The position numbers and the translations under genes are program-made. Under the pieces are notes generated by a model. That model was not told the origin of the DNA, did no database searches, and saw only the letters and a list, made by a program, of their open reading frames with translations. This document shows, one piece after another, positions 1-11,033 of a stretch of DNA of 64,000 nucleotides (the first letter of the stretch is position 1; each line of letters begins with the position of its first letter). Origin of the DNA: Trichoplax sp. H2 (lineage: Eukaryota); assembly GCA_003344405.1 (NCBI GenBank), contig NOWV01000110.1, positions 186,001-250,000 on the forward strand, in the 5' to 3' direction.

Positions 1-923
1 CAGTGGTCTATCAACATCAAGGCAAGTATGATGATGCTTTATCCATAATGAAAAAATCACTTGCAACTCAAGAAGCTAAACTTGGTGGAAATCATCCAAG
101 TAATGCCACTACCTATCTCAATATGGGCCATGTCTTTTACAAGCAAGGCAAGTATGACGATGCTCTGTTGATGTATCATAAATCGTTGGAGATTGAACAA
201 GCACAACATGGCGAAAATCATTCAAGTGTTGCAACGCCATATCACAATATTGGACAAGTCTATAGTAAGCAAGGCAAGTATGATGATGCTCTCTCCATAT
301 TGAATAAATCATTGCAGATTCAACTATCACAACTTGGTGAGAATCACTTCAGTGTTGCCACACTCTATCACACCATTGGACAAGTCTACTATGAACAAGG
401 CAAATTTAATGATGCCCTATCCATGTATAATAAATCACTGAAGATAGAACAACCCCAACTTGGTGATAACCATCCAAGTATTGCCACATTATATAATAGC
501 ATTGGGCTTGCCTATATTGATCAAGGCAAGAACGATGATGCTCTATCCATGTTGAATAAATCACTAAAGATTGAGCTAGAACAACTTGGTGACAATCATC
601 CAAATATTGCTACAACATATCACAACATGGCAAGTGTCTATGATCATCAAGGCAAGTACGATGATGCTCTATCCCTGTATAACAAATCGCTTACCATCCA
701 ACTAGCTCAATTGGGTGAAAACCATCCAAGTGTCGCCCGTTCATATCATAAAATTGGACTGACTTATGATCATCAAGGCAAGTATGATGATGCTCTAGCC
801 ATGTTAAACAAGGCATTGGCAATCTACATAGCAACACTTGGTGAGAATCATCCTGATACCGCTACTTGCCAAGAAAATCAAGCTGAAGTTAAGCATCATA
901 TCGCATCTTTCACATCAACATAA
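1..923 (+). CDS. Tetratricopeptide-repeat protein (42-aa kinesin-light-chain/nephrocystin-3-like TPR array), 5'-truncated by window edge
   Basis: ORF 3..923 is ~7 tandem 42-aa (126-bp) units of consensus YxxQGKYDDALSMYNKSLxIxxxQLGENHPSVAxxYHNIGxV; open at the window start, stop TAA at 921-923. Confidence 0.9.
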   Translation, partial: VVYQHQGKYDDALSIMKKSLATQEAKLGGNHPSNATTYLNMGHVFYKQGKYDDALLMYHKSLEIEQAQHGENHSSVATPYHNIGQVYSKQGKYDDALSILNKSLQIQLSQLGENHFSVATLYHTIGQVYYEQGKFNDALSMYNKSLKIEQPQLGDNHPSIATLYNSIGLAYIDQGKNDDALSMLNKSLKIELEQLGDNHPNIATTYHNMASVYDHQGKYDDALSLYNKSLTIQLAQLGENHPSVARSYHKIGLTYDHQGKYDDALAMLNKALAIYIATLGENHPDTATCQENQAEVKHHIASFTST

Positions 924-1174
924 GATAGCTTCCAACGGCTGCTTAGCACAGACCCAAGTTTTCTTGATCATAAAAACTAGAATTTCCTTTAGTATAATTG
1001 GAGCTCATAATATGCCTCATATGTAGATCACTAGTAAACCTGCGGTTCAAATGGAGGGTCAGAAAAAATTGATCCATTTCATTATCTCCTCTAGAATCTG
1101 TCATGAAGTTAACGATTGCACAAGCAATAGTAACTTATCAGTCAAGTACCTTACTGTACAGTTTAACTCCTTTC

Positions 1175-1428
1175 ATAACTACCATCTAATTACTGACTGA
1201 TAGTTTTGATCAGCTTTTGCTGTAGTAGAAAGAATACACTACCGTATAATATAACTCGTTTTATAACTACCATCAAATTACTGACTGATATTTTTGATCA
1301 GCTTTTGCTGTAGTAGGAAGAATACACTACCGTATAATATAGTTCGTTTTATAACTACCATCAAATTACTGACTGATATTTTTGATCAGCTTTTGCTGTA
1401 GTAGAAAGAATACATTACAGCGTAATAT
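1175..1428. repeat. Tandem repeat, 88-bp unit, ~3 copies
   Basis: ATAACTACCATC...GATCAGCTTTTGCTGTAGTAG starts at 1175, 1263 and 1351 (period 88). Confidence 0.95.
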
Positions 1429-1586
1429 TGATGACATCTACAGTAGTCCGTAAATAACCTGTGAGATGAATACTTTTATTTCATTACAAATATAGATAGT
1501 TGAATAATTAATCTCGCCATACTTTCCAAATACTCCTTAATAAAATGTATGTCAACACTAACTTCCTGTTCCCTAATTGTTTGGGT

Positions 1587-2200
1587 TTAGACATTTCGAA
1601 TGTAGAAGGAAGAATAAAAATTGAATTTTTGACTAGTCTATTGCGTGCATCTGTTATATCCGTATATCAAGAATAAAATTTCCCTGATCCCCATCTACTT
1701 GGATTTAGACATTTCGAATCCAGAATCTGTATGGAATTAGACATTTTGAATTCATAAGGAAGAGAGTAGTCATTTCATTCTCCATTAATCCATTGAGTGC
1801 ATGTGTTATATCTACGAATAAATAATAGCTTTCCTGTTGCCTACTACATGGAATTAGACATTTTGAATCCATAAGGAAGAGAGTAGTCATTTCATTCTCC
1901 ATTAATCCATTGAGTGCATGTGTTATATCTACGAATAAATAATAGCTTTCCTGTTGCCTACTACATGGAATTAGACATTTTGAATCCATAAGGAAGAGAG
2001 TAGTCATTTCATTCTCCATTAATCCATTGAGTGCATCTGTAATATCTACGTATAGATAATAGCTTTCCTGTTGCTGATTAAGTCTGTTTGGTGAAGATAT
2101 TTTCAATCCGTAAAAAGGAAGAATCATCATTTTTATTTTCGACTACATGTAGTCCATTTAGTGCTTCTGCTATACCTATCGTTATTACCCTGACTACAAG
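1587..2200. repeat. Tandem repeat, 117-bp unit, 3 near-identical copies plus degenerate flanking copies
   Basis: ATGGAATTAGACATTTTGAA at 1731, 1848 and 1965 (period 117); diverged units at ~1587-1700 and ~2095-2200. Confidence 0.92.
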
Positions 2201-2284
2201 TATGAATCCATTGGAAATTGGTCATGCTATGCCGTTAATACGTATGTCATCGAAAATTAATGATAATTAGGTGAAAACAATACT

Positions 2285-2995
2285 AATCTCGCTAGCTCAT
2301 TGCATTAAGTAATTAGAATAACTTCAATTCATTTTGCTATAAACATAAGGCACATTAGCACAAGACAATAACATGCAATAGCTATCATTTATTTAACATT
2401 TTTAACTATTTCCTTTCAGTACAGGAAAACTGTATATTATGCTTTCAATAAGTATTGCAGTCATAAACACAAACTCTATCCTTGTTCGTTAAGTAGAAGA
2501 ACCTATTCAATAATTGCCAACTGTTGCGCAGTTAAGGTAACGCAAATCAATTAACCGACGATGACCTCAATAAATGCTTAGTTTTAACGCCAAACACTTT
2601 CAATGCATTATCATCACTGCTGATATACGCATATTGTAGTAATCTCGCTAGCTCATTGCATTAAGTAGTTAGAATAACCTCAATTCATTTTGCTATAAAT
2701 ATAAGCCACATTAGCACAAGACAATAACATGCAATAGCTATCATTTATTTGACATTTTCAACTATTTCCTTTCAGAAAAGGAAAACTGTATATCATGCTT
2801 TCAATAATTATTGCAGTCATAAACACAAACGCCATCCTTGTTCGTTAAGTAGAAGAACCTATTCAATAATTGCCAACTGTTACGCAGTTAAGGTAACGCA
2901 AATCAATTAACCGACGATGACCTCAATAAATGCTTAGTTTTAACGCCAAACACTTTCAATACATTATCATCACTGCTGATATACGCATATTGTAG
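2285..2995. repeat. Direct tandem duplication, ~356-bp unit x2
   Basis: AATCTCGCTAGCTCATTGCATTAAGT at 2285 and 2641; both units end in CATATTGTAG and differ by scattered substitutions. Confidence 0.95.
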
Positions 2996-3265
2996 AGCAA
3001 GCTGGATAGTACTTCAAGAATAAACTATTAAATGATACTGTTTACGGATAGAGTATCTACAGATTATGCAAACGCTATTACGTAATACAAGTATTTGCTA
3101 TCCTACGATCAAGACCTGATTGCATTTAGCTGAAGCAAAACTTCATTACTTCTATCACTGTATAACTATCTATGGATGAGAAATTGCTAGAATAAAAATA
3201 CATGTTTAGACCCTACTTTTAAGCCACCTACTAAGGAGAGAGCTTGAGGCAAAGTTGCCTTTCTT

Positions 3266-4237
3266 TTAATCACGCTTTTTCGACAACCCTGTCAACTCTT
3301 CACTCAGGTGCCACAACCTTTTAGCAACATCATCGTCATAAGCCTGTTTTGCACACGTTTTTTCTCGACAATCGCTGAAATATTTACCACTAACTCTTTC
3401 TAATGATTCATCTACAGCGCAAAAGATGGAGGTTTGTGCTCCTTGCTTGGGTGTTTTAAATCCAAGCCAAATCAAGGGAGTAATTAGAGAATTGAGGAAG
3501 CTAAATTTACGAACACTAAAGTGACGCTGGAGTTCCGTATCGACAGCTCCAGGATGTAAGCTATTGGCAGTGACTGCAGTTCCTTGTAATCGTTTGGCTA
3601 ATTCACGCGTAAACAAGACGTTAGCTAATTTACTTTGAGAATAAGCAGCTACAGAACCATACCCTTTCTCACTATTGATATCATCGAAATTGATCTTTCC
3701 CATCATATGAGCCAACGATGATACATTGATAATCCTACTGGGTGCACAAGTTTTCAATTTATCCAGCAATAAATTGGTCAATAAAAAGTGGCCAAAATGA
3801 TTGGTTCCTATCTGCATTTCAAATCCATCTTGTGTTTTGGAGTAAGGACACATCATAATACCAGCGTTATTTAATAAAATATCCACTCGATCTTCTTTCT
3901 CATTGACATAGTCGGCAAAGTCTCGTACCGACTGCAAAGATGCTAAATCGAGTGGGCAAAAGATAACCTCACTATTGCCACTTTGCTGTATAATATCTTC
4001 CACTGCTTCTTTACCTTTGCTTTCACTACGACATGCTAAAATAACGCGAGCACCACGTTGAGCTAAATCGATGGCAGTCGCTTTGCCAATTCCAGTATTG
4101 CCTCCAGTAATGATGACGGTCTTATGATGGAGTTTAGCTTTACTATGGCATGAACCTCCTTGATTATAAGAACGTAAAATCAACAGAGCGATACCAGCGA
4201 CGCCGACAACAGCAGCAATTTCAGGTGTAGAAACCAT
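3266..4237 (-). CDS. Retinol dehydrogenase 11/12/13/14-like short-chain dehydrogenase/reductase, intronless, 323 aa
   Basis: N-terminal hydrophobic anchor, TGGNTGIG cofactor motif, NNAG, GTNHFGHF, catalytic YSQSK, HPGAVDTEL, C-terminal A.RLW..SE typical of the RDH12/WWOX-like SDR subgroup. Confidence 0.93.
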   Translation of the reverse strand: MVSTPEIAAVVGVAGIALLILRSYNQGGSCHSKAKLHHKTVIITGGNTGIGKATAIDLAQRGARVILACRSESKGKEAVEDIIQQSGNSEVIFCPLDLASLQSVRDFADYVNEKEDRVDILLNNAGIMMCPYSKTQDGFEMQIGTNHFGHFLLTNLLLDKLKTCAPSRIINVSSLAHMMGKINFDDINSEKGYGSVAAYSQSKLANVLFTRELAKRLQGTAVTANSLHPGAVDTELQRHFSVRKFSFLNSLITPLIWLGFKTPKQGAQTSIFCAVDESLERVSGKYFSDCREKTCAKQAYDDDVAKRLWHLSEELTGLSKKRD

Positions 4238-4949
4238 GGTAGATCATCCAATAGCACACTTATCAACTACGATATTATAGCCCAACACTAGACCAACAAG
4301 ATGAAGAATAACCAGGAAAAAGTGCAACGTTGTGGAGGTTTTACTTCCTCTTCTACGTTGATGATCGATGCATATAATTTGCTTAATGGCGGCGAGAAAG
4401 CTTAAGCAGTACCGGCCGGTATATAACCTTACTGTCAATCGCCGGACATCTCCATCATTTGCTTCCTCCCTGCCGTCCGTCTCTTTCGCTGAGTCATCAA
4501 GAGTTGTACAGTACAATACTGTAGACCGAGTACTGTACGGTAGCATCAAGGACGACTGGAATAGCGGACTTCAACGGCCGAGATTGGAGCGAGAAAGAGG
4601 AAAATAGTACCTAGACCTAACCAAGAACTTGCAAGAGGAATCAATTTTCCTCTTAAATAAATCGCTGGCCTAACCATAACCGAACAAAGTAGCAATTTCC
4701 TTTAGCATGTCCTGGCCTAACCGAAATTCCTGGATTGAGGTCAGATTGTACTGTAATTCTCTGTACCGTAGGCTCTACGAACGGTACTGTAGCCATCGGA
4801 TGAACGGACGAGGGACATACGGACGGCAGCCTACTTGGGCAAATCAGGTCTTGTTGGGCCAGACTTTCATGTCTACTTCTTCATTCCATGGCTGACAATT
4901 CATGATTGGTTTCTTGCCTTAAGCTACTTTCCTTCATCGTAGAACAATC

Positions 4950-7900
4950 ATGCATAAGGATGATAAGGTAGGCAGGTTGCCTGTTGTATTGCTGTTGATT
5001 GTAGAGATGGGCATATAAAATGAGGTGTTTGAAGGATGCATTGATGGATCCATCAATCAATCATGGCCTAACATGCAATGCATTTTGATTGCATAGATTC
5101 GCTACTATCCTATCCATACTGTCACTGGTGTGAATAGTAAAGAAACTCTGGCGACATCCAATAATCTTCGTGTTTGCATTAAAGTTATCCTGGTTATTTC
5201 TGCCATTGCCATGGCTCTAATCTTATGTTACCATCGCCCATATGATATTCCCACCCAACATCCGCCCAAGCAATCGCAACGAGATGATGACCAAAACAAC
5301 ATCAATCTCTCTCAAGATCATTGTCAGTAAGTACTAATATTGATCATCATGTCCTTGTTGCTGTATTAAGAGCGTTAATGGGATGCCTAAATGACGCACG
5401 GATGTTCTAGTAAAGTACATGTTGAATGATTATAATGGACTCAAAAACTAAAGTACCTGCAGATATGATCTAATAAAATAACGATAAAGACTAGACTAGA
5501 CTAGTCAGTCGCTGGAGTGCCCACCATTAGATTTATTTAATCTGGCTAGAAAAGAGTTATATCAACATTTGTCTCCCTTAGCGCTACGAGCGATAATTAT
5601 TAACTGAAGGTCTCAATCGTCACTTACCATGTACTTGTTCATATTCTAGTCTACTCGCATTCTACTGTATGTTGAATAATAACAATAATAATATTCGACT
5701 CAAGGAGTAAAATTTCTGCAGACTGTTCAAATAAGATAAGATAAGGATAAGACTAATTCCATCACTAGAGTGCTGACGATTTAATGTAACCTCACTAAAG
5801 AAAGAGTAAGACGTATTAGCAGCCATCTTCCTTGATTGCTACAAGCTTTAACTGAATGCCTACGTGCCCAATGATTAATTGTTCGTTAATGTTCTAGTAA
5901 ATATCGTTCCTGTTGAATAATAATTACAATATCATCGACTCATAAACTAAATAATAATACCTGCAGATTGATTGAATTGGATAACATAAGGACAAAACGA
6001 GTCAATTGCTAGAGTACCAACGATTTAATTTAGTCTTTTAAAATAATAGTACTATCAACGCTCGTCTCCTTTGGCAATGTTTAATACCTACATGCTCAAT
6101 GACCATTTGCTTGCAAATGTTATAGTGACTACTTCTTGAATGATTATAGTCGACCCAGAAACTAAAGTACATACTGTACAGTGCAGAATGATCAATGAAG
6201 ACAAAGGCTAGAGTGTTGACGATTACATGTAGTCTCACTAGATAATAGCAACACTCATCTGCCGATGATTTGATTTAGTCGCCCTGAAAAGTAACAATGT
6301 TAACACCCATCTCTCTTGACTACTACGAACGTTAACTAAAAGCTTATGCTCAATGATCCTTTACGCATTAGTATTCTAGTACAGTACGTACAGCGTATCT
6401 TAAATGATAATATAATCGACTCCAAAACTAAATAATTATACCTGTAAATGAGTGATCAAATAAAATGAGAACGAGAGTACCGACGATTTGATGCATAACA
6501 TAATCTCGCTAGAAAATAGGAATAGGAACACTTATCTCGCGTGGTTGTTACGACCGTTTAGCGAATGCCTCAATGCTTATGGGATCATTGGCTTTCAAAA
6601 CTAAAATACCTGCAGAATGGTTAAAGAAGATACGGATAGAGTGCCAACGATTCGATTTAGTCTTGCTAAAAAAATACTAATACAGTATCAACACTCATCT
6701 ACCTTGGCTGATATTCCAATTTAAAGCACTTTCGCGCATTCATCGACCATTTGTACATCCTATCTAATTATAATTATTTTACTTATCCATTCTCTCTTTC
6801 TTTCAAGAGCTGAACTGGTGGAAAGTGTACCTCAAAATTTAACTTACCCGGCCAAAGCAATTCATTTAAACAGCACTTATCAAGNNNNNNNNNNNNNNNN
6901 NNNNTTACATGTAGTCTCACTAGATAATAGCAACACTCGTCTGCCGATGATTTGATTTAGTCGCCCTGAAAAGTAACAATGTTAACACCCATCTCTCTTG
7001 ACTGCTACGAACGTTAACTAAAAGCTTATGCTCAATGATCATTTATGCATTAGTATTCTAGTACAGTACGTACAGCGTATCTTAAATGATAATATAATCG
7101 ACTCCAAAACTAAATAATTATACCTGTAAATGAGTGATCAAATAAAATGAGAACGAGAGTACCGACGATTTGATGCATAACATAATCTCGCTAGAAAATA
7201 GGAATAGGAACACTTATCTCGCATGGTTGCTAAAAAAATACTAATACAGTATCAACACTCATCTACCTTGGCTGATATTCCAATTTAAAGCACTTACGCG
7301 CATTCATCGACCATTTGTACATCCTATCTAATTATAATTATTTTACTTATCCATTCTCTGTTGCTTTCAAGAGCTGAACTGGTGGAAAGTGTACCTCAAA
7401 ATTTAACTTACCCGGCCAAAGCAATTCATTTAAACAGCACTTATCAAGCTTGGATGAAACTCATCAAGTCTGCTCAGCACACCATCGATATTGCCTCCTT
7501 TTACTGGACGCTGCAAGGTTCTGACACCAGCTTTCATGATAATTCAGCAAATGAGGTAAATTTACAATACTTAATATTTAAAATTTCAATCGCAAATAAA
7601 AAACAACTTTTGTATCACATATTACGAATCTGTTACTCAATATGGACTTCCTTTATTTAATCACTTTGTATGCTTCTTTAAATGGACAACAATCATAGGA
7701 ATGCTATATTCACTTACATTCGTATAACCTGCATACTAGCATAAATCGACGTACGTTATACCGTATACCGTACTTGAGATAAAAAATGAAAGTTTTCTAT
7801 CCAAGCAATTCTTCTCAGACTATCCTACCTAACAATGAATTAATTAATTAATTATTGAATCGATGAATTCGACTTTGACTGTTAATCGATTCTATTTTCT

Positions 7901-10409
7901 TAATTTTACAATGTTAAATATAAAAAGGGCCAATCAATATTTCATCAATTACTAAATGCTGGTACAAAGAGAAATATATCTATACGCATTGTCCAGAATG
8001 AGCCAAGCAAAAGAATGAAGGATGTCGATACCCAGGAATTAATGAATAAGCATGCAGCTCAAGTACGAAGTATAAATTTTACGCGATTATTACGTGCCGG
8101 AATATTGCATACCAAATTCATGTTAGTTGATAATCGCCATTTCTTAGTTGGAAGTGCCAATTTTGATTGGAGAGCCCTAACTCAAGTAAGTAGTAGAAGC
8201 GCCTCTGACCATTTATCATAGACTACACTAGATTTGTTTAAGATCATATAAAAGAATAAATAAAGAAAAAGAGGGATATCAACTAAAAAACAACACTAAA
8301 GGATAACTTGTATATACAAACTGTTATGTCTTAATCTATTTAGCACTTTATCACTGTTCATATAGAATATCCTTTAAGATTGATGAGTCTACAAGTAGCA
8401 GAATAGTATGAGATTAAAAGTACGTGTATAATTTTTGTTCTTTATTTTAAAGTAACTCATATCATGATTTTATTATTATCATTTCATTTAATCTGTGCAA
8501 TGGTCGTAGATACATGAGGTGGGTATTATGATGTCTAATTGCAAAACCCTGGCTACGGATCTGCAAAAAATTTTCCAGATTTATTGGAAATTAAGCGAGC
8601 CTAATTCGGTTATTCCATCTTCTTGGAGTCCCAATTATGATACTAAAATCAATGTTAATCATCCTCTGAATGTCCGCTTGAACAAAGACAATTATCAAGT
8701 CTACTTATCGGTAGGGAATTGTACAATGGAGTCATATTCTACATTTCTATGTTCATCAAATAGATTTATGGCATTTGTAACATTGTATCTTGAATAGAAT
8801 TATTCAATACTTGCATGCTATTCATGCAGATTTAGATTATATCTATTAAGTTACATAACGTAGTTAAATAATTCAAAACTTTCATTCTTTACACTTTGTC
8901 TTAACACGGTAGTCATCTCCACCTCAATTTTGCCCTCATGGAAGAACTACCGATATTGACTCAATTCTAGCAACTATAAAGTCTGCTAAGAAGAGCGTTT
9001 CTATTGCTGTTATGGACTATTCACCGACAACATTGTATGCACATCCAAACAAGTATGTTGTCACTAATTATTATTGTTAAACTATATACCTTTAAAATGA
9101 TGATGTATACGCTATTACTTAGTCTAAAGTTCTTAGCCAGTTTCTGCTTATGAACCGTGATATCTCAGTTAGCGAAACGATAGGGTGTCAAGCTGGTAGC
9201 TCTTTTTAACTTAGATATTTAAATGATATGTAATATCTTAGATTTTATTCTCATTAAATGATTTCTCAGCAATTGCTTACTTCAAAGGCCGCAACTAATC
9301 TGCAAATTGATTCTAATACTGATAACAACCATTTTATATCTGCACATGTGCCTAATTAGCAATAACTTAAGATTTTATTTCCTTAGAATGATGTTTACGC
9401 TATCGTTCAGTTCAGATACGTTACTAGTTTCATGTTAATACTAATCTTCATTAACAACGTCTCTACATGAGCAAGGTACTGGCCAGTAATTGATGACGCT
9501 CTCCGAGATGCCATGTTTAACAGAGGTGTCAACGTCAAAGTAATGGGTAGCTACTGGAATCACACCAGATCAAATATGATACGATTTCTTAAGTCGCTGG
9601 CTAGCATAGACGGTACTTCCAAAGGATCAATGCAAGTTGTAAGTTGACTGACTATACTTATTGACATATTTCACCGTATTTCTGGTGCCATTTTCTGTTA
9701 TGGCTATAATGAATGTACAGTACAAATACTCTCAAAGGCACAATTATCAAATACTTTAAATTTTTTACACAAGAAACTGCGCATGCTGCAGTTTAATATT
9801 TATTCGAGTGATGTGATACATTTTTGATTGTTTCAAATTGTAAAATTTCCATGCTGTATACCAAGTGTAATTGGTATTTGTTATATCCATATAAAAATTT
9901 AATTCTCATGCTGGGAATGAAAGTATTTACTTGTAATTTGTGCAATACATATTATTTTTCTTGGATCTACCTAGCATTTTATTGACTTCAATTATATAAC
10001 TATCGGTAATAGAAATTATATAGAGTTCCTGTCTACACTGAAGATCAAAGAAAAATACCTTTCGCTCGTGTTAATCATAACAAGTACATGGTGACTGATT
10101 CAGTTGCTTACATAGGTAACCTAATTTGGATCACTTGATTAATAATATATGTATTGCAGTACCCGCATTGACTAATGTTCGATGTATATTATATACTGAT
10201 TAGCAACATATTGGTGTGTTAATATTTTAGGTACGTCAAATTGGTCGGGTGATTATTTTATTAATACCGGCGGCGTAGGCGTGATAATTAAACCACAGTC
10301 GGACCATTCCAAGAAATCGATACGTGATCAACTGCAAGATGTCTTTGATCGTGATTGGTCATCAGAACATGCTGTTGATATCTTTAAATTTAAATCTGAT
10401 TTCGTTTGA
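4950..10409 (+). CDS. PLD3: Phospholipase D3-like lysosomal 5' exonuclease (type II membrane protein, two HKD motifs), multi-exon
   Basis: Phase-consistent GT-AG exons: 4950-4967, 5097-5326 (TM segment), 7372-7555 ([18 protein letters not shown]), 7928-8185 ([23 protein letters not shown]), 8510-8710, 8913-9052 ([14 protein letters not shown]), 9476-9638 ([10 protein letters not shown]), 10013-10115 ([15 protein letters not shown]), 10231-10409 ([15 protein letters not shown]; stop TGA). Exon 1 is less certain. Confidence 0.92.
5400..6720. repeat. Degenerate tandem array (~180-270-bp period) in PLD3 intron 2
   Basis: Variants of CGACTC..AAACTAAA..TACCTGCAGA recur near 5438, 5696, 5936, 6151, 6417 and 6596, each followed by a (T)AGAGTG/ACC(A/G)ACGATTT-like motif. 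Confidence 0.7.
6224..7448. repeat. Gap-flanking duplication (6224-6884 vs 6905-7448), probably uncollapsed haplotypes
   Basis: Near-identical sequence either side of the N-run 6885-6904, including a partial second copy of PLD3 exon 3 (6808-6884); the right copy lacks ~120 bp (~6550-6663). Confidence 0.85.
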
Positions 10410-11033
10410 GAGTACAGGTTAAATACCTTTTATAGCTGTTATACGTAGAATAATAGTACATAATCAATCATTAACATTGCAAGAATGAAACATTATCAAC
10501 GTTCAGTCTTCAATGCCCTCATCAATCCAAAATTTATTTTTTAATTGTACCATCTTTATCGATTATAACGTACCACATTATCATCATATACATATATATA
10601 TATATGTTTAAATCGGAAAGTAGCTACTATTTACAAAATCATCTTTTTTAGATATATCCTTTATAATTCCTGATATAATTATCATGATAGTACAAGAGAC
10701 CGTCATGACGTAAAGTAATTGCCATGATCAGCAGTTCTATTTACAAAGTTTGACTAATTTTTATCCATTAACAAACTTTGATTTGTTGCTTCTTTGTCAC
10801 CATACAAACTATCTTATCAGTAACGTTATTTTCATTGTTAAACGGCCTAAAAAGTTGTTGTAAGTCACCGTTTATGGAATCAAATAAAGAATAGAAAATG
10901 AAATAAATCGTAAATTGTTGGTGAACGGACGCAGCCGAATGTATGTCGTATTTATTCTCAATATGTTGTCATAAAAATTTTCTACTTTATTTTCTATTGC
11001 ACTGAAGCCGTCGAATATCATACTTTCAACTTG

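Noticed and set aside
1705-2130. 141-aa ORF with 39-aa repeats
   Set aside because: By-product of a 117-bp (multiple of 3) tandem repeat; no recognisable domain.
1175-2995. Repeat arrays as possible CRISPR
   Set aside because: Units are contiguous with no unique spacers, and the context is eukaryotic.
6808-6884. Duplicated PLD3 exon suggesting mutually exclusive splicing
   Set aside because: Identical to 7372-7448 and runs into an N-gap inside a gap-flanking duplicate; most likely allelic or assembly redundancy.
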